In this document: positions 1 to 10,549 of the stretch, piece by piece
Position numbering within the stretch: position 1 is the first letter of the stretch
Layout: each line of letters starts with the position of its first letter
From: Tepidisphaera sp.
GTDB lineage: Bacteria; Planctomycetota; Phycisphaerae; Phycisphaerales; UBA1924
Direction of reading: 5' to 3'
Length of the DNA stretch: 64,000 nucleotides
Assembly (NCBI GenBank): GCA_050916045.1
Contig: CP051526.1
Location: 3,520,001 to 3,584,000 of the forward strand
Translations under genes and position numbers: made by a program
The notes under the pieces: model-generated
What the model was told of the DNA's origin: nothing
Seen by the model: only the letters and a program-made list of their open reading frames with translations
The model's database searches: none

Positions 1-2
1 CC

Positions 3-2870
3 GAGACAAGCCTGACCGTCCCGGGCATCCGGTACGTCGTGGATTCGGGCTTCGGACGCATCAGCCGGTACAGCCCGTCGACCAAGGTGCAGCGGCTTCC
101 GATCGAAGCAATCAGCAAAGCCTCCGCGAACCAGCGCTCCGGCCGCTGCGGCCGACTCGGCCCCGGCATTGCCATCCGCCTCTACGGCCACGACGACTTT
201 CTCGGCCGCGCGGAATTCACCGACCCCGAGATCCTCCGCACCAACCTCGCAAGCGTCATCCTCCAGATGAAAGCCCTGCGCCTGGGCCGCATCGAGGACT
301 TCCCGTTCATCGACGCTCCCGATGGCCGCATGGTCCGCGACGGGTACGAAACCCTCCACGAACTCGGCGCCATCACCGAGGACGGCGACATCACGCCCGT
401 CGGCACCAAGCTCGCCAAGCTCCCCATCGACCCGCGACTGGGCCGCATGCTCCTCGCCGCCGTGGACGAGAACGCCGTCCGCGAGCTTCTCGTCGTCACC
501 GCCGCGCTGGGCACCCAGGACCCGCGCGAACGCCCCATGGAAGCCGGCGACAAAGCCGACAAAGCCCACGAACAGTTCGAGGACCCCGAAAGCGACTTCA
601 TCGCTCTCCTCAACCTCTGGCGGGCGTTCCACGAGATGGAGGACAAGCTCACCGGCGGCAAGCTCCGCCGCTGGTGCAAGGACAACTTCGTCAGCTTCCT
701 CAAGATGCGCGAGTGGATCAGCACCCACGACCAGCTCGCTCGACTCGCCGACGAGCTTGGCCTCAAGGTCAACGCCAAGCCCGCCGAACGCGACAACGTC
801 CACCGCGCGATCCTCGCCGGCCTGCTCTGCTCGATCGGCGTCAAGTCCGACAAGAAGGACGGGTACGGTTACGAAGGCTGCCGAGGCGTCAAGTTCTCGA
901 TCTTCCCGGGCTCGGGCCTCTTCCGCAAGGGGCCGCAGCACGTCATGGCCGGCGAACTGCTCCAGACGACCAAGCTTTACGCCCACGACGTCGCGAAGAT
1001 CCGCCCGGAGTGGGTCGAACGCGTCGGCGCTCACCTCGTCAAGCGGCACTACTCCGAGCCGCACTACGACGAGAACCACATGATGGTCTACGCGTACGAA
1101 CGCGTCACCATCTACGGCCTTGAGATCGTCTCCCGTCGCCGCGTGCACTACGGACCCATCGACCCCGCCATCGCCCGCGAGATCTTCCTCCAGCACGCGA
1201 TGGTCGAGGAGCAGTACATCAGCCCCGCGCCCTTCTGGACGCACAACAAAGAGCTCGTCGCCGAACTCCGCCACCTCTCGCAGAAAGCCCGCCAGAGCGA
1301 CATCGCCGTCGACCCGCGACTCATCTTCGACTTCTACGACAAGAAGCTCGGCCCCGGCGTCTTTTCGGGCGCGACGCTCGACCTGTGGCGCAAGCAGAAC
1401 GAACGCGGCAACCCCAAGGTCCTCTTCATGTCGCGGGCCGACCTGGAGCCACCCGCAGCCCGCGAGGTGACCAAGGAGAAGTTCCCCGACGCGCTCGAGA
1501 ACTTCGGGACGCGCCTCAACCTCTCCTACCGGTTCGACCCCGGCAAGGACGATGACGGCGTGACGATTACCGTGCCGCTCGAGACGCTCCACCAGGTGGA
1601 TGAGACCCGGCTGGAATGGGGCGTGCCCGGCCTTCTGCCCCAGAAGATCGCCGCGATGATCGAAGCCCTGCCTAAGCAGCACCGCAAGGAACTGGGCGAC
1701 TCCGACGCTCTCGGCAAGCAGATCGCGGGGCTTGTGACCTTCGGCAAAGGCTCGCTTCTGGACGCCGTCGCGTCCACCGTTCGGGCCGAAGCCCAGGTCG
1801 ACATCCCGCGCGACGCCTGGCGCGTCGAAAGCCTGCCCCGCCACCTTCGCGTCACCATCCGCGTCGTCGACGACAAGGGCGTCGTGCTCGGAAGCGACAA
1901 GGACCTCCACAAGCTGCTCGCCCAGTTCGGCGAACGCGCCCGGTCGCGGTTCATCGAAGCCGCCGGCAAAGAACACCAGCGCGACCGCGTCACCGACTGG
2001 AACTTCGGCCCCCTGCCCGAACGCGTCGACCTCAAGCGCGGCAAAGCCACCATCGCGGGCTTCCCCGCCCTCATCGATCACGGCACCCACGCGAGCCTCA
2101 CCGTCCTGGACTCGCCCCACGCGGCCGCCCAAGCCAACCGCGCCGGCATCCGTCGTCTCTACATCATCGCGGCCAAGGACGAGCTCGAGTGGGCCCTCCG
2201 CGTTCTGCCGGACTTCAACCGCCTCGCGATGCTCTACGCCACGCTCGGCACACCGGCGCAGCTTCGGGACGAGGTCGCGAGCATCATCGCGGACCGCGTG
2301 TTCATGCAGGGTCCGACCGTGCCCAGAACGCGTGAGGAGTTCGTCGCCATCCTGCGGGCGAGCTGGGACGACGTCCGCGGCGTGGCTCGCGAGGTGGCGG
2401 GCGTGGTCCAGCAGATCCTGACGTCGTACCAGCAGCTGAGCTTGCGCCTGGCGGCGAAGACCCCGCCGGCGTGGCACGCTTCGATCAATGATCTCAAGCT
2501 TCAGCTCGTGCTTCTGATCCATCCCGGCGCCATGGCGGCGACGCCGTGGGAGCGGCTAAAGAACGTGCCGCGGTACCTTTTCGCGGCGATCAAGAGGCTG
2601 GACAAGCTGCAGGTGGGCGCGGGCGGGGGCCCGGAGCGCGACGTGCGGATCATGTCGGACATGGCGACCCTCTGGCGGGATTATCTCGTGCGGCTGGACC
2701 TGCGGAACAAAACGGGTCGATCGGACCCGCTTCTGGATGAGTTCAAGTGGCTCCTTGAGGAACTCCGCGTGTCGCTCTTCGCGCAGGAACTCGGCACGCC
2801 GATCACGGTCTCGGTGAAGCGTCTCGAGAAAGCCTGGGCCGATCTTCTGGCCGCAAGCCGGACGATGTAG
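3..2870 (+). CDS. hrpA: ATP-dependent RNA helicase HrpA (5'-truncated by the window edge)
   Basis: The frame is open from base 3 (ETSLTVPGIRYVVDSG). It has DEAH helicase motif VI QRSGRCGR, PEILRTNLASVILQM, the HA2 region LPIDPRLGRML and the HrpA-type C-terminus EELRVSLFAQELGT. Confidence 0.93.
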   Translation, partial: ETSLTVPGIRYVVDSGFGRISRYSPSTKVQRLPIEAISKASANQRSGRCGRLGPGIAIRLYGHDDFLGRAEFTDPEILRTNLASVILQMKALRLGRIEDFPFIDAPDGRMVRDGYETLHELGAITEDGDITPVGTKLAKLPIDPRLGRMLLAAVDENAVRELLVVTAALGTQDPRERPMEAGDKADKAHEQFEDPESDFIALLNLWRAFHEMEDKLTGGKLRRWCKDNFVSFLKMREWISTHDQLARLADELGLKVNAKPAERDNVHRAILAGLLCSIGVKSDKKDGYGYEGCRGVKFSIFPGSGLFRKGPQHVMAGELLQTTKLYAHDVAKIRPEWVERVGAHLVKRHYSEPHYDENHMMVYAYERVTIYGLEIVSRRRVHYGPIDPAIAREIFLQHAMVEEQYISPAPFWTHNKELVAELRHLSQKARQSDIAVDPRLIFDFYDKKLGPGVFSGATLDLWRKQNERGNPKVLFMSRADLEPPAAREVTKEKFPDALENFGTRLNLSYRFDPGKDDDGVTITVPLETLHQVDETRLEWGVPGLLPQKIAAMIEALPKQHRKELGDSDALGKQIAGLVTFGKGSLLDAVASTVRAEAQVDIPRDAWRVESLPRHLRVTIRVVDDKGVVLGSDKDLHKLLAQFGERARSRFIEAAGKEHQRDRVTDWNFGPLPERVDLKRGKATIAGFPALIDHGTHASLTVLDSPHAAAQANRAGIRRLYIIAAKDELEWALRVLPDFNRLAMLYATLGTPAQLRDEVASIIADRVFMQGPTVPRTREEFVAILRASWDDVRGVAREVAGVVQQILTSYQQLSLRLAAKTPPAWHASINDLKLQLVLLIHPGAMAATPWERLKNVPRYLFAAIKRLDKLQVGAGGGPERDVRIMSDMATLWRDYLVRLDLRNKTGRSDPLLDEFKWLLEELRVSLFAQELGTPITVSVKRLEKAWADLLAASRTM

Positions 2871-2893
2871 CCCCGTTGGGGTACGCTCTTCGC

Positions 2894-3382
2894 ATGGCGA
2901 TCGACACCAGAAAGGCCCAGCGCCGCGCCGTCCGGTACAACACCGTGGATGACCTCCTCGCCGACGCCGAGCGCGTCGCGGCGGCGGAGCGCACCGGAAC
3001 GCTGAAAAGGACCGGGAACTGGAAGCCGGGCCAGATCTTCGGCCACCTCGCGGCGTGGACCGACCTCGCGTACGACGGGTATCCCGCGGATATGCCGCGG
3101 CCCCCGTGGCTGATCAAGATCCTCCTCAAGATGATGAAAGGCCGGTTCCTTCGCAAGGGCATGCCGACGGGCATCCGCATGCGGGGCGTGGAAGCGGGGA
3201 CGAAGTTCATCGACGACCTGCCGCTTGATGAGGGGCTTGCACGGCTTCGCAAGACCGCGAGCCGCGTCCGGACGCAGAACCCGCTGCACGCCAACCCGGT
3301 CTTCGGACCGATGCCGCGGGAGGAGTGCGAGCTCATGTTCCTGCGGCACGCTGAGCTTCACATGTCATTCCTGCACCCGTGA
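2894..3382 (+). CDS. DUF1569/DinB-like family protein
   Basis: Motifs GNWKPGQIFGHLA and HANPVFGPM..LRHAELHMSFL. The ATG at 2894 is preceded by TACGCT. Confidence 0.75.
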   Translation: MAIDTRKAQRRAVRYNTVDDLLADAERVAAAERTGTLKRTGNWKPGQIFGHLAAWTDLAYDGYPADMPRPPWLIKILLKMMKGRFLRKGMPTGIRMRGVEAGTKFIDDLPLDEGLARLRKTASRVRTQNPLHANPVFGPMPREECELMFLRHAELHMSFLHP

Positions 3383-3385
3383 GCG

Positions 3386-4246
3386 TCAGCGGAAGTACAC
3401 GTGCACAGGTTGGCCGGACTCGGTCCAAAGCCGGCGCTGGTAGCGGCGTCGAAGAACGGTCAGGCGACGCTTCAGTCGGTCGTGATCCCAGCCGCACTCC
3501 GGACAGATGCCCGAGCCGAGGCCGACGGTGGGATAGTCGCACTCGGGGCACTTGCCGGTGCGGCTCGCGGACGCGGCGAGCTCGACGGCGACTCGCTTCC
3601 GCTCGCGAGCGACGGCGGCGATCGTGAAGTACACCGCGCCCGCGACGACGGCGACCGCACCGATCGCGACCGGCAACTGCCAGAGGACAAAGAACCCGCG
3701 CTCGGACTCCCCCGATGCCACCATGTCGAGCGTGATCGCTTCGAGAGACTCGTCATCGATCATCGAGAGGCCAAGCCGCCAAAGCCAGGATGGCTTGAGT
3801 TCCGCACGCTTGCGCTCAAGATGAGGCCGGAGATAACTCGAGACCGGCGGCGCGCCGCGGAAGACCTCTTCCGGTCTGCGGGCCGGGCCCGGAACGTTCG
3901 GCTCGACGACCGCGACCCATCGCTCGCGGACGTCGACCGTCCATGTCAGCGGCTTCCAAAGAGCGTTGACCTCGTACCCGATGTCGACCTCCCACGGGTC
4001 GGCCGCTCCAAAGCCGGCAAGCGGGGTGGCGGAGGCCGGGAACGCCACCGTGACGTACCGACGCTTGGACGCGATCTCCGTCGACATCACGATGATCATC
4101 GCGATCGTCGGCACAAACAGCGAAGCAAAGAGCGAGAACCGCGAAGCCCAGATCGGCGGGTACGGATGCCACAGCGCGTGCCGGACCCGGGCCCAACGGA
4201 GCCACCACGCGCGAACTTTCGGCGAAGCTGGGCTCGGACGCGGCAA
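3386..4246 (-). CDS. Membrane protein with C-terminal zinc ribbon
   Basis: Two hydrophobic segments followed by CPECDYPTVGLGSGICPECG. It abuts the stop codon of the upstream permease; the TTG start is uncertain. Confidence 0.7.
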   Translation of the reverse strand: MPRPSPASPKVRAWWLRWARVRHALWHPYPPIWASRFSLFASLFVPTIAMIIVMSTEIASKRRYVTVAFPASATPLAGFGAADPWEVDIGYEVNALWKPLTWTVDVRERWVAVVEPNVPGPARRPEEVFRGAPPVSSYLRPHLERKRAELKPSWLWRLGLSMIDDESLEAITLDMVASGESERGFFVLWQLPVAIGAVAVVAGAVYFTIAAVARERKRVAVELAASASRTGKCPECDYPTVGLGSGICPECGWDHDRLKRRLTVLRRRYQRRLWTESGQPVHVYFR

Positions 4247-6082
4247 TCAACGCTGTCCCGCGAGGCGACGCACCGTCGCGTCGAACGTCCGCACCATGCC
4301 CGCGTGCACCCCGAGCACCACCGCGGTGTAGATGCCGCCCGAAACCAGAGCGCCCACCGCAAGCGAGACGCGAGCGGCTTCCAGACCACCCCCGCCTCGG
4401 GTCGTCTCCGCCATCGCCGAATCGGGGTTCACGATCGCGTAGAAAAGCGTCACCGGCGACAGAGCGGCCAGCGCCGGCCCCACGCCCACAATGCTCTCGG
4501 CCGACTTGAACCCGCACAGGCCGACCGTCCCCGCGATCACCCCCACCACGCCGACCGTGCCCACCACGCTCGAGAGCGTCCCCTTGCTCTTCAGCGACCA
4601 CTGCAAGCCCACCATCACGCACCACGAGATGAACGGCAGGCACACCAGCGTCGCCAGCAGGAACCCCTCCGGAAGCACCAGCGGCTCGGGAGGACGACCC
4701 GTCACCGGCACCGTCGCTCCAGCCGAAAGCGTGTACGCCGAAGCCATCGCCAGCGTGCCGATGGGCACCATCAAAAGCGGGAGCAGGTACGCGACCAGCC
4801 CGCGGAGCTTGCCGTACAGGTAGCTCGACGGGGTGATCGTCGTCGTGAGAAGCAGATCAAGCGTGCCGTCCTCGCGCTCGCGGCTGACCGCCGTGCTCGA
4901 CATGTTGATCGCCACCAGCGCGATCACCGCGATCTCACCCCACACCGTCGCCATCAGCGCCTCGCGGAAGTTCACCGGGGTGAACGACTTGGTGTGAAGC
5001 AGCCAGACCAGAATCCCGCCGAAGACAAGCCCCGCCGCGATGAACGCCCACCGCGCGATGATCCGCCCCAGCGTCGCGTTGCGGGCCGTCGACTCGCGCC
5101 ACGCGATCGGATTGCTCCCCACCGGCCGCGGCGGGCGGTGGTCCGCACCGACCGCGCCAAGCCCCAGAAGCCGGCGGTACCACGGCACGCCCGTCTCGCT
5201 CGTCAGCGCTCCAAGACCGCCCGCTCGCACCGTGAAGGTCGAACCCACCACCAAAACCAAGCTCAACGCGAGGCTCCCCACGCACCACGCCGTCACCGGC
5301 GACTCCAGCATGAGCGCCCGCAAACCTCCCCAACCCTGGATCGTCCCGGCTTCGGCCCGCGGGTATGTGCTCGGATTCAGCAGGGCTTGCAGGGCGAGGA
5401 ACGGGTTGATCGCCGTCATGATCGTGACGCCCTTGCCGCCCGAAGCACCCATGCCCGCCGAACGCATATAGGAATCAATGCCCGCGGTGATCGCGATGTA
5501 GCTCACCACCGAGACGTAGAACGCAAAGACGCTCCGCGTGCCCGCCATCCGTGAGACCGCCAGCGCGATCGCAATGGCCCCCACCAGCACCGCCGCGGAG
5601 CCCGAGACGAGGTAGCTCGCGAAGATCGCCGAGCCCGGCACACCGCCGAAGAACTGCGTCAGGGCGAAGAGCGGCAGACTCGCAAAGAGGAGCGCCAGGA
5701 TGAAGAAGAGGCGGCCGAGCAAGTTGCCGATCACGATCTGCGTGCTGCTCAGCGGCGTCGTGAGCAAAACCTCCCACGTCCTGGGGCTTGCTTCCTGCGC
5801 GATCGCGCCCGCCATGAACACCGGGGCCAGCACGCAGATCAAACCGATCTGGAGGTACGCGACCAGCGTGAAGCTCAGGGCCCCGCTCTTGGCAAGGTCG
5901 CTGAAGCTCTTGGTCCCCGTCGCGCTGGTGATCAAGAGCCACAGGAGGACCAGGATCAGCACGCCCAGGTAGATGCTCCGGATGTAGAGGTGCCGTGGCC
6001 GGCGGGAGCCGTTCTGAACCAGACGGACCGCGATCGGGTTGAGCGGACCTTGGGCGAGAAGCCATCGCAGGAAGACGGGCAT
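4247..6082 (-). CDS. ABC-2 type transporter permease subunit (two repeated permease halves)
   Basis: Many TM helices. Two copies of the ABC-2/NosY-like motif: AIAQEASPRTWEVLLTTPLS and AVSREREDGTLDLLLTTTIT. Confidence 0.8.
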   Translation of the reverse strand: MPVFLRWLLAQGPLNPIAVRLVQNGSRRPRHLYIRSIYLGVLILVLLWLLITSATGTKSFSDLAKSGALSFTLVAYLQIGLICVLAPVFMAGAIAQEASPRTWEVLLTTPLSSTQIVIGNLLGRLFFILALLFASLPLFALTQFFGGVPGSAIFASYLVSGSAAVLVGAIAIALAVSRMAGTRSVFAFYVSVVSYIAITAGIDSYMRSAGMGASGGKGVTIMTAINPFLALQALLNPSTYPRAEAGTIQGWGGLRALMLESPVTAWCVGSLALSLVLVVGSTFTVRAGGLGALTSETGVPWYRRLLGLGAVGADHRPPRPVGSNPIAWRESTARNATLGRIIARWAFIAAGLVFGGILVWLLHTKSFTPVNFREALMATVWGEIAVIALVAINMSSTAVSREREDGTLDLLLTTTITPSSYLYGKLRGLVAYLLPLLMVPIGTLAMASAYTLSAGATVPVTGRPPEPLVLPEGFLLATLVCLPFISWCVMVGLQWSLKSKGTLSSVVGTVGVVGVIAGTVGLCGFKSAESIVGVGPALAALSPVTLFYAIVNPDSAMAETTRGGGGLEAARVSLAVGALVSGGIYTAVVLGVHAGMVRTFDATVRRLAGQR

Positions 6083-6150
6083 AGGTACCGATGGTACCAG
6101 ACACCCGCCCCCCGGGGTTCACCGCCCCGAACACCAGCCTTCAACCCGGA

Positions 6151-6182
6151 AAAAGAAGCCCACGGGTTTACACCCGTGGGCT
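6151..6182 (-). terminator. Rho-independent terminator of the PEP-CTERM gene
   Basis: 10-bp stem AGCCCACGGG/CCCGTGGGCT (6157-6182) followed by a T-rich tract on the minus strand. Confidence 0.75.
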
Positions 6183-6240
6183 CCGAAGAAACAGGATGAA
6201 CCGAAGTTCGAGGCTCAGGGGCGCTCGAAGGATTCAGACC

Positions 6241-7098
6241 TTAGCGGCGGCGACGGCCGGCGAGGAGACCGCCGAGGCCGAGCAGCGCGAGCGAGCCCGG
6301 GGTCGGGACCACGCGGAGGTCAAAGGTCGCCACAGACGTGTTGGTGATGCGGTTGTCGTAGTACGCGTTGGTTTCCTGGCCCGCAAGGCCGTTGTAAGAG
6401 CTGACGGCGACGTACACGACGCCATCGTTGGGGGAAGCGACGCCGAGCGAGGACGCGAGGCCGTCGCCCGAGTCGTCATCGAACCCGAGAATGGTGCCGG
6501 AGCTGTTGAACATCGCCAGCACGGTGTCGCCACCGGCGGAGAGGTTCAGCACGTCCGCCTGGATCGTGCCGCCGAGGCCGGAGAACCGGTACCACTGCGT
6601 GCTCACGCCGGGGGTCGTGATCGTCACGGCGTAGAGAGCCATGTTGAACGAGCCCGGGGTGATCGAGGTGGCCGCGTTCCAGGTCGTGTTCTGCCACCAG
6701 GTGCCCTGGACCTGCAGGGTGCCGTCGCCCGGGACCGTGCCGGTCACGCGGGAGAAGACGCCGGAGAAGTCATCGTTTTCGCCCAGCGTCGTGCCGCTGG
6801 AGTTCCGCACGCGGAGACGCGTGTCGTACGAGCCGCCGCCCGACGCCGCGGAGGTCACCGCGCGGTACGCGTTCCCGGCCGTCAGGCCCGACGTGGTGAA
6901 CGAAGCGACCGAGTTCGCGTTCGAGACCGTGAAGTCCCGCGAGAAGATCAGGGCTTCGGACGTGACCGCCGCCGTGAAGGCGCCGGTGACCGTCTGGGGA
7001 CCGGCCCAGTTCGTCGCCGTCCCGAAGCTCGTCCCGCCCTGAGCCATCGCGGAACCCGCGAGACCCGCCGCCGCAACCATCACAAAAGCCTTCGTCAT
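6241..7098 (-). CDS. PEP-CTERM-type sorting-signal surface protein with two PPC-like repeats
   Basis: Signal peptide MTKAFVMVAAAGLAGSAMA. Repeats DTRLRVRNSSGTTLGENDD and DTVLAMFNSSGTILGFDDD. C-terminus VPTPGSLALLGLGGLLAGRRRR. SD-like GGAGAG precedes the ATG at 7098. Confidence 0.88.
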   Translation of the reverse strand: MTKAFVMVAAAGLAGSAMAQGGTSFGTATNWAGPQTVTGAFTAAVTSEALIFSRDFTVSNANSVASFTTSGLTAGNAYRAVTSAASGGGSYDTRLRVRNSSGTTLGENDDFSGVFSRVTGTVPGDGTLQVQGTWWQNTTWNAATSITPGSFNMALYAVTITTPGVSTQWYRFSGLGGTIQADVLNLSAGGDTVLAMFNSSGTILGFDDDSGDGLASSLGVASPNDGVVYVAVSSYNGLAGQETNAYYDNRITNTSVATFDLRVVPTPGSLALLGLGGLLAGRRRR

Positions 7099-7355
7099 GT
7101 CTCTCTCCAATGTGGATAGGGGCTTGTCTCAAGCCCTGACTCTCTCTCCATCCGCCTGTCCCCACGAGGGGCAAGCCAAATCAACCCGGCCCAGGCCCTT
7201 CCGGGCGCAAAGCCACAGCCCGTCCGTCTGTGCGACGTTCGGAACATCACGCGAAAGCTCGAAAGCCCTAGTGGGCTCCCGCCGCGCTCTGCCGTCTGGT
7301 TTCGGGGGAGGGATGTCTTGTCTCTCCACTCGACTCCAAACAACTCTTCACCTTC

Positions 7356-7384
7356 TTTATAGCCGAACTCTCAACCGGATGCAA
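7356..7384 (-). promoter_or_regulatory. Sigma70-type promoter candidate for the PEP-CTERM gene
   Basis: Minus strand TTGCAT (7384-7379), 17 nt spacer, TATAAA (7361-7356). Confidence 0.55.
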
Positions 7385-7473
7385 CGGAAACTTGATGTTG
7401 GAACCCTCGTTCCGAGCAAAAAAACGCCGAGAACCCGTCGCAACCACGAGGCACACCGGATGAAAGCGCTCTC

Positions 7474-7505
7474 AAAGGAAAAGCCCCGTGGTTTTCCACG
7501 GGGCT
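7474..7505 (-). terminator. Rho-independent terminator of clpC
   Basis: Stem AGCCCCGTGG-N4-CCACGGGGCT (7482-7505) followed by TTTCCTTT on the minus strand. Confidence 0.75.
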
Positions 7506-7550
7506 CACGAGGCAATCGGTAGGGTTATCCGGTCTCGCCGACCTGAAAGA

Positions 7551-10118
7551 TCAGGTCGAATGGCTGCCGGCGGCCGCGACCGGCGGGGTCGTTTCGGTGT
7601 TCGACGTCGCCGTGAAGGTCAGGAATTCCTGCGGCTTGTCGTCGGAACCCTTGCCGCGGGTGACCTTGATCACGCTGCCCTTCGGGAATTCGCCCTGAAG
7701 CAGCTGTTCGGAGAGCGGGTCTTCGATGTAGCTGCCGATCGCGCGACGCAGAGGTCGAGCGCCGAACTCGGGGTTGTACCCCTTGTCGATGAGGAACTCC
7801 TTGGCTTCGGGCGACAGATCGATCGTGATCTGCTGGACCGCGAGGCGCTTGGCGAGCTTGGCCATCTCGTAGTCGATGATGGAGGTGATGTCGGCCTTGT
7901 TGAGCGGGCGGAACACGATGATGTCATCGACGCGGTTGATGAATTCGGGGCGGAAGAACCGCTCGATCTCCTTCATCAGGACGCCCTTGATGTTGTCGTA
8001 GTCCGTCGCTTCGGTCCGCTTCTGGAAGCCGAACCCCGCACCGCCACGGATCAGGTCAGCACCGATGTTGCTGGTCATGATCATGATGGTGTTGCGGAAG
8101 TCGACATGACGCCCGAACGAGTCCGTGAGGCGACCCTCTTCCATGATCTGGAGGAGCATGTTGAAGACGTCGGGGTGCGCCTTTTCCACTTCGTCCAGGA
8201 GCACGACGCTGTACGGCCGGCGACGGATCCGCTCCGTGAGCTGGCCGCCTTCCTCGTACCCGACGTAGCCCGGAGGGGCGCCGACGAGACGCGAGACGTT
8301 GTGCTTTTCCATGTACTCGGACATGTCGAGGTGGATGAGAGCATCTTCGTCACCGAACATGAACTCGGCGAGGGCTTTGGCGAGGAGCGTCTTGCCCACG
8401 CCGGTGGGCCCGACGAAGATGAACGAACCAGCGGGACGCTTGGGGTCCTTGAGGCCCGCGCGGCTTCGGCGGATGGCTTTCGCCACGGCCTTGACCGCTT
8501 CGTCCTGGCTGATGACCTTCTTGTGCAGTTCCTTTTCGAGCTGCAGCAAGCGGGCGGCTTCGTCCTTTTCGAGGCGCTGGAGGGGGACGCCGGTCATCTT
8601 GCTGACGACCTCGCGGACGACGTCCTCGTCGACCGTGCCGTCGTACTCGCGAGCCCGGTTCTTCCACTCCTTCTGGACCTCTTCCTTCTTCTTGCGGAGC
8701 TGCTCGGACTTGTCACGAAGCTCGGCGGCGCGCTCGTAGTCCGCACCCTTGACGGCTTCGTCCTTCTCGACGCTGAGGCGTTCGATGTCCGCTTCGATCT
8801 CGGCGAGAGCCGGGGGCTTGGTCATGGTCTTGATGCGGATCCGGGCACCGGCTTCGTCGATCACGTCGATCGACTTGTCGGGCTGGACGCGGCCGGGGAT
8901 GTAGCGCCCCGACAGCTCGACAGCGGCCTTGACGGCGCTGTCGGTGATCTGCACCCTGTGGTGGCTTTCGTAGCGGTCGCGGAGGCCCTTGAGGATCTCG
9001 ATCGTCTGCTCGTCGGTGGGCGGATCGACCGTGATCGCCTGGAACCGGCGGGCCAGAGCAGCGTCCTTCTCGATGTACTTGCGGTACTCGTCGAAGGTCG
9101 TCGCACCAATGCACTGGATCTCGCCTCGTGCCAGCGCGGGCTTGAGCACGTTGGACGCGTCGATTGCGCCTTCCGCGCCGCCGGCGCCGACGAGAGTGTG
9201 AAGCTCATCGATGAAGAGCATGACGTTCTTGGCCTTGCGGACCTCGTTCATCACGGCTTTGATGCGTTCCTCGAACTGGCCGCGGTACTTGGTGCCTGCG
9301 ACCATCATCGCAAGATCGAGCACCACGAGGCGCTTGTCGAGCAGGATCTCGGGCACGTCGCCGGAGATGATCCGCTGGGCCAAGCCCTCGACGATGGCGG
9401 TTTTGCCGACACCGGCCTCGCCGAGGAGGACGGGGTTGTTCTTGGTGCGGCGGCAGAGGACCTGGACGAGACGCTCGATCTCGTTGGTGCGTCCGATCAC
9501 CGGATCGAGCGTCGCCTCCTTGGCGAGTTCGGTGAGGTCGCGGCCGAAGCTGTCGAGGGCCGGAGTCTTGCTCCGGTTCTTCGCGCCCGCCGCGGCGGAC
9601 GAGGAAGAGCCGGCGGAAGCCGCTCCCGAAGCCGCGCCGGGGCCGGCGGGCTCGCCGCTTTCGCCCTCGCTCTGCTGCTGGCCCGCTCCGAGGAGGTTGA
9701 GCACCTCTTCGCGGACCTCTTCGAGCTTGAGGCCGAGGTTCATGAGGACCTGCGCGGCGACGCCGTCGTGCTCACGCAGGAGCCCGAGCAGGAGGTGCTC
9801 GGTGCCGACGTAGTTGTGGTTGAGGTTCCGGGCTTCCTCGATGGCGTACTCGATGACCTTCTTGGCGCGAGGGGTCTGGGGGAGTTTCCCCATGGTGACC
9901 ATCTCGGGGCCCGGCTTGACGAGCTTCTCGACTTCGAGGCGCACCTTGCGCAGGTCGACGTCGAGGTTCTTGAGCACGTTGGCTCCGACGCCGGAGCCCT
10001 CTTTCACGAGCCCGAGGAGGATGTGCTCGGTCCCAATGTACTCATGGTTGAACCGCTGAGCCTCCTGGTTCGCGAGGGCCATCACTTTGCGGGCACGGTC
10101 TGTGAAGCGTTCGAACAT
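7551..10118 (-). CDS. clpC: ATP-dependent Clp protease ATP-binding subunit ClpC
   Basis: N-terminus [12 protein letters not shown], Clp-N repeats, two Walker A motifs ([16 protein letters not shown]), a UVR-like middle region, GAPPGYVGY and FGARPLRR. Confidence 0.96.
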   Translation of the reverse strand: MFERFTDRARKVMALANQEAQRFNHEYIGTEHILLGLVKEGSGVGANVLKNLDVDLRKVRLEVEKLVKPGPEMVTMGKLPQTPRAKKVIEYAIEEARNLNHNYVGTEHLLLGLLREHDGVAAQVLMNLGLKLEEVREEVLNLLGAGQQQSEGESGEPAGPGAASGAASAGSSSSAAAGAKNRSKTPALDSFGRDLTELAKEATLDPVIGRTNEIERLVQVLCRRTKNNPVLLGEAGVGKTAIVEGLAQRIISGDVPEILLDKRLVVLDLAMMVAGTKYRGQFEERIKAVMNEVRKAKNVMLFIDELHTLVGAGGAEGAIDASNVLKPALARGEIQCIGATTFDEYRKYIEKDAALARRFQAITVDPPTDEQTIEILKGLRDRYESHHRVQITDSAVKAAVELSGRYIPGRVQPDKSIDVIDEAGARIRIKTMTKPPALAEIEADIERLSVEKDEAVKGADYERAAELRDKSEQLRKKKEEVQKEWKNRAREYDGTVDEDVVREVVSKMTGVPLQRLEKDEAARLLQLEKELHKKVISQDEAVKAVAKAIRRSRAGLKDPKRPAGSFIFVGPTGVGKTLLAKALAEFMFGDEDALIHLDMSEYMEKHNVSRLVGAPPGYVGYEEGGQLTERIRRRPYSVVLLDEVEKAHPDVFNMLLQIMEEGRLTDSFGRHVDFRNTIMIMTSNIGADLIRGGAGFGFQKRTEATDYDNIKGVLMKEIERFFRPEFINRVDDIIVFRPLNKADITSIIDYEMAKLAKRLAVQQITIDLSPEAKEFLIDKGYNPEFGARPLRRAIGSYIEDPLSEQLLQGEFPKGSVIKVTRGKGSDDKPQEFLTFTATSNTETTPPVAAAGSHST

Positions 10119-10411
10119 GGTGGTACTCCCCCGAAAGTTCTGAGGAGGCGGGCCTCAGCCCGAGAACTCCTCGATCACATCTCTCTATTCGTCTCACCCA
10201 CGCTTTCGGGTTCGTGGGTGATCCTGTTATCGACGGCCCGGACGTGTGGCATGATTTCCGCATCCCGCAACTTCCGGAGCCCCCCACCTTGCACTTTCTT
10301 CGATGCCGCGAAACTCGTACTCGGACGATCTCGCCTGCCGAATACCACTTCAGGGTATTCAGGTCCGGCCGTCCGCCTATGCGAATCCAAAGCCGGGCCT
10401 ATCCCTAGGTG

Positions 10412-10428
10412 AGCATGCGGCGTGCCAA
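10412..10428 (-). promoter_or_regulatory. Possible sigma54 (-24/-12) promoter upstream of clpC
   Basis: Minus strand TTGGCACGCCGCATGCT fits GG-N10-GC with the TGGCACG core, about 295 nt upstream of the clpC ATG. Confidence 0.3.
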
Positions 10429-10549
10429 CGAAGGATGCCCGCCTGAACGTCTGGAGGCTCTTGGACGTGGCCGAAACTTGCCGCGATCCGCCGTGCCTGT
10501 CGATTTGGCAGCCCGCGGCAAATTCGCCGAAGTTGTGGGTGAGCGTGCC

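Noticed and set aside
7168..7240. c-di-GMP-I riboswitch-like string GGCGCAAAGCCAC
   Set aside because: It is on the strand opposite the downstream gene and lacks the GAAA-tetraloop stem.
7488..10412. Very long antisense or alternative-frame ORFs (e.g. 7488-10412+, 25475-28162-, 32464-35649+, 35510-38098-, 40156-42594+, 47717-50233+, 56776-59655+)
   Set aside because: These are shadow ORFs opposite well-conserved genes, expected from high-GC codon bias. They have no recognisable motifs.
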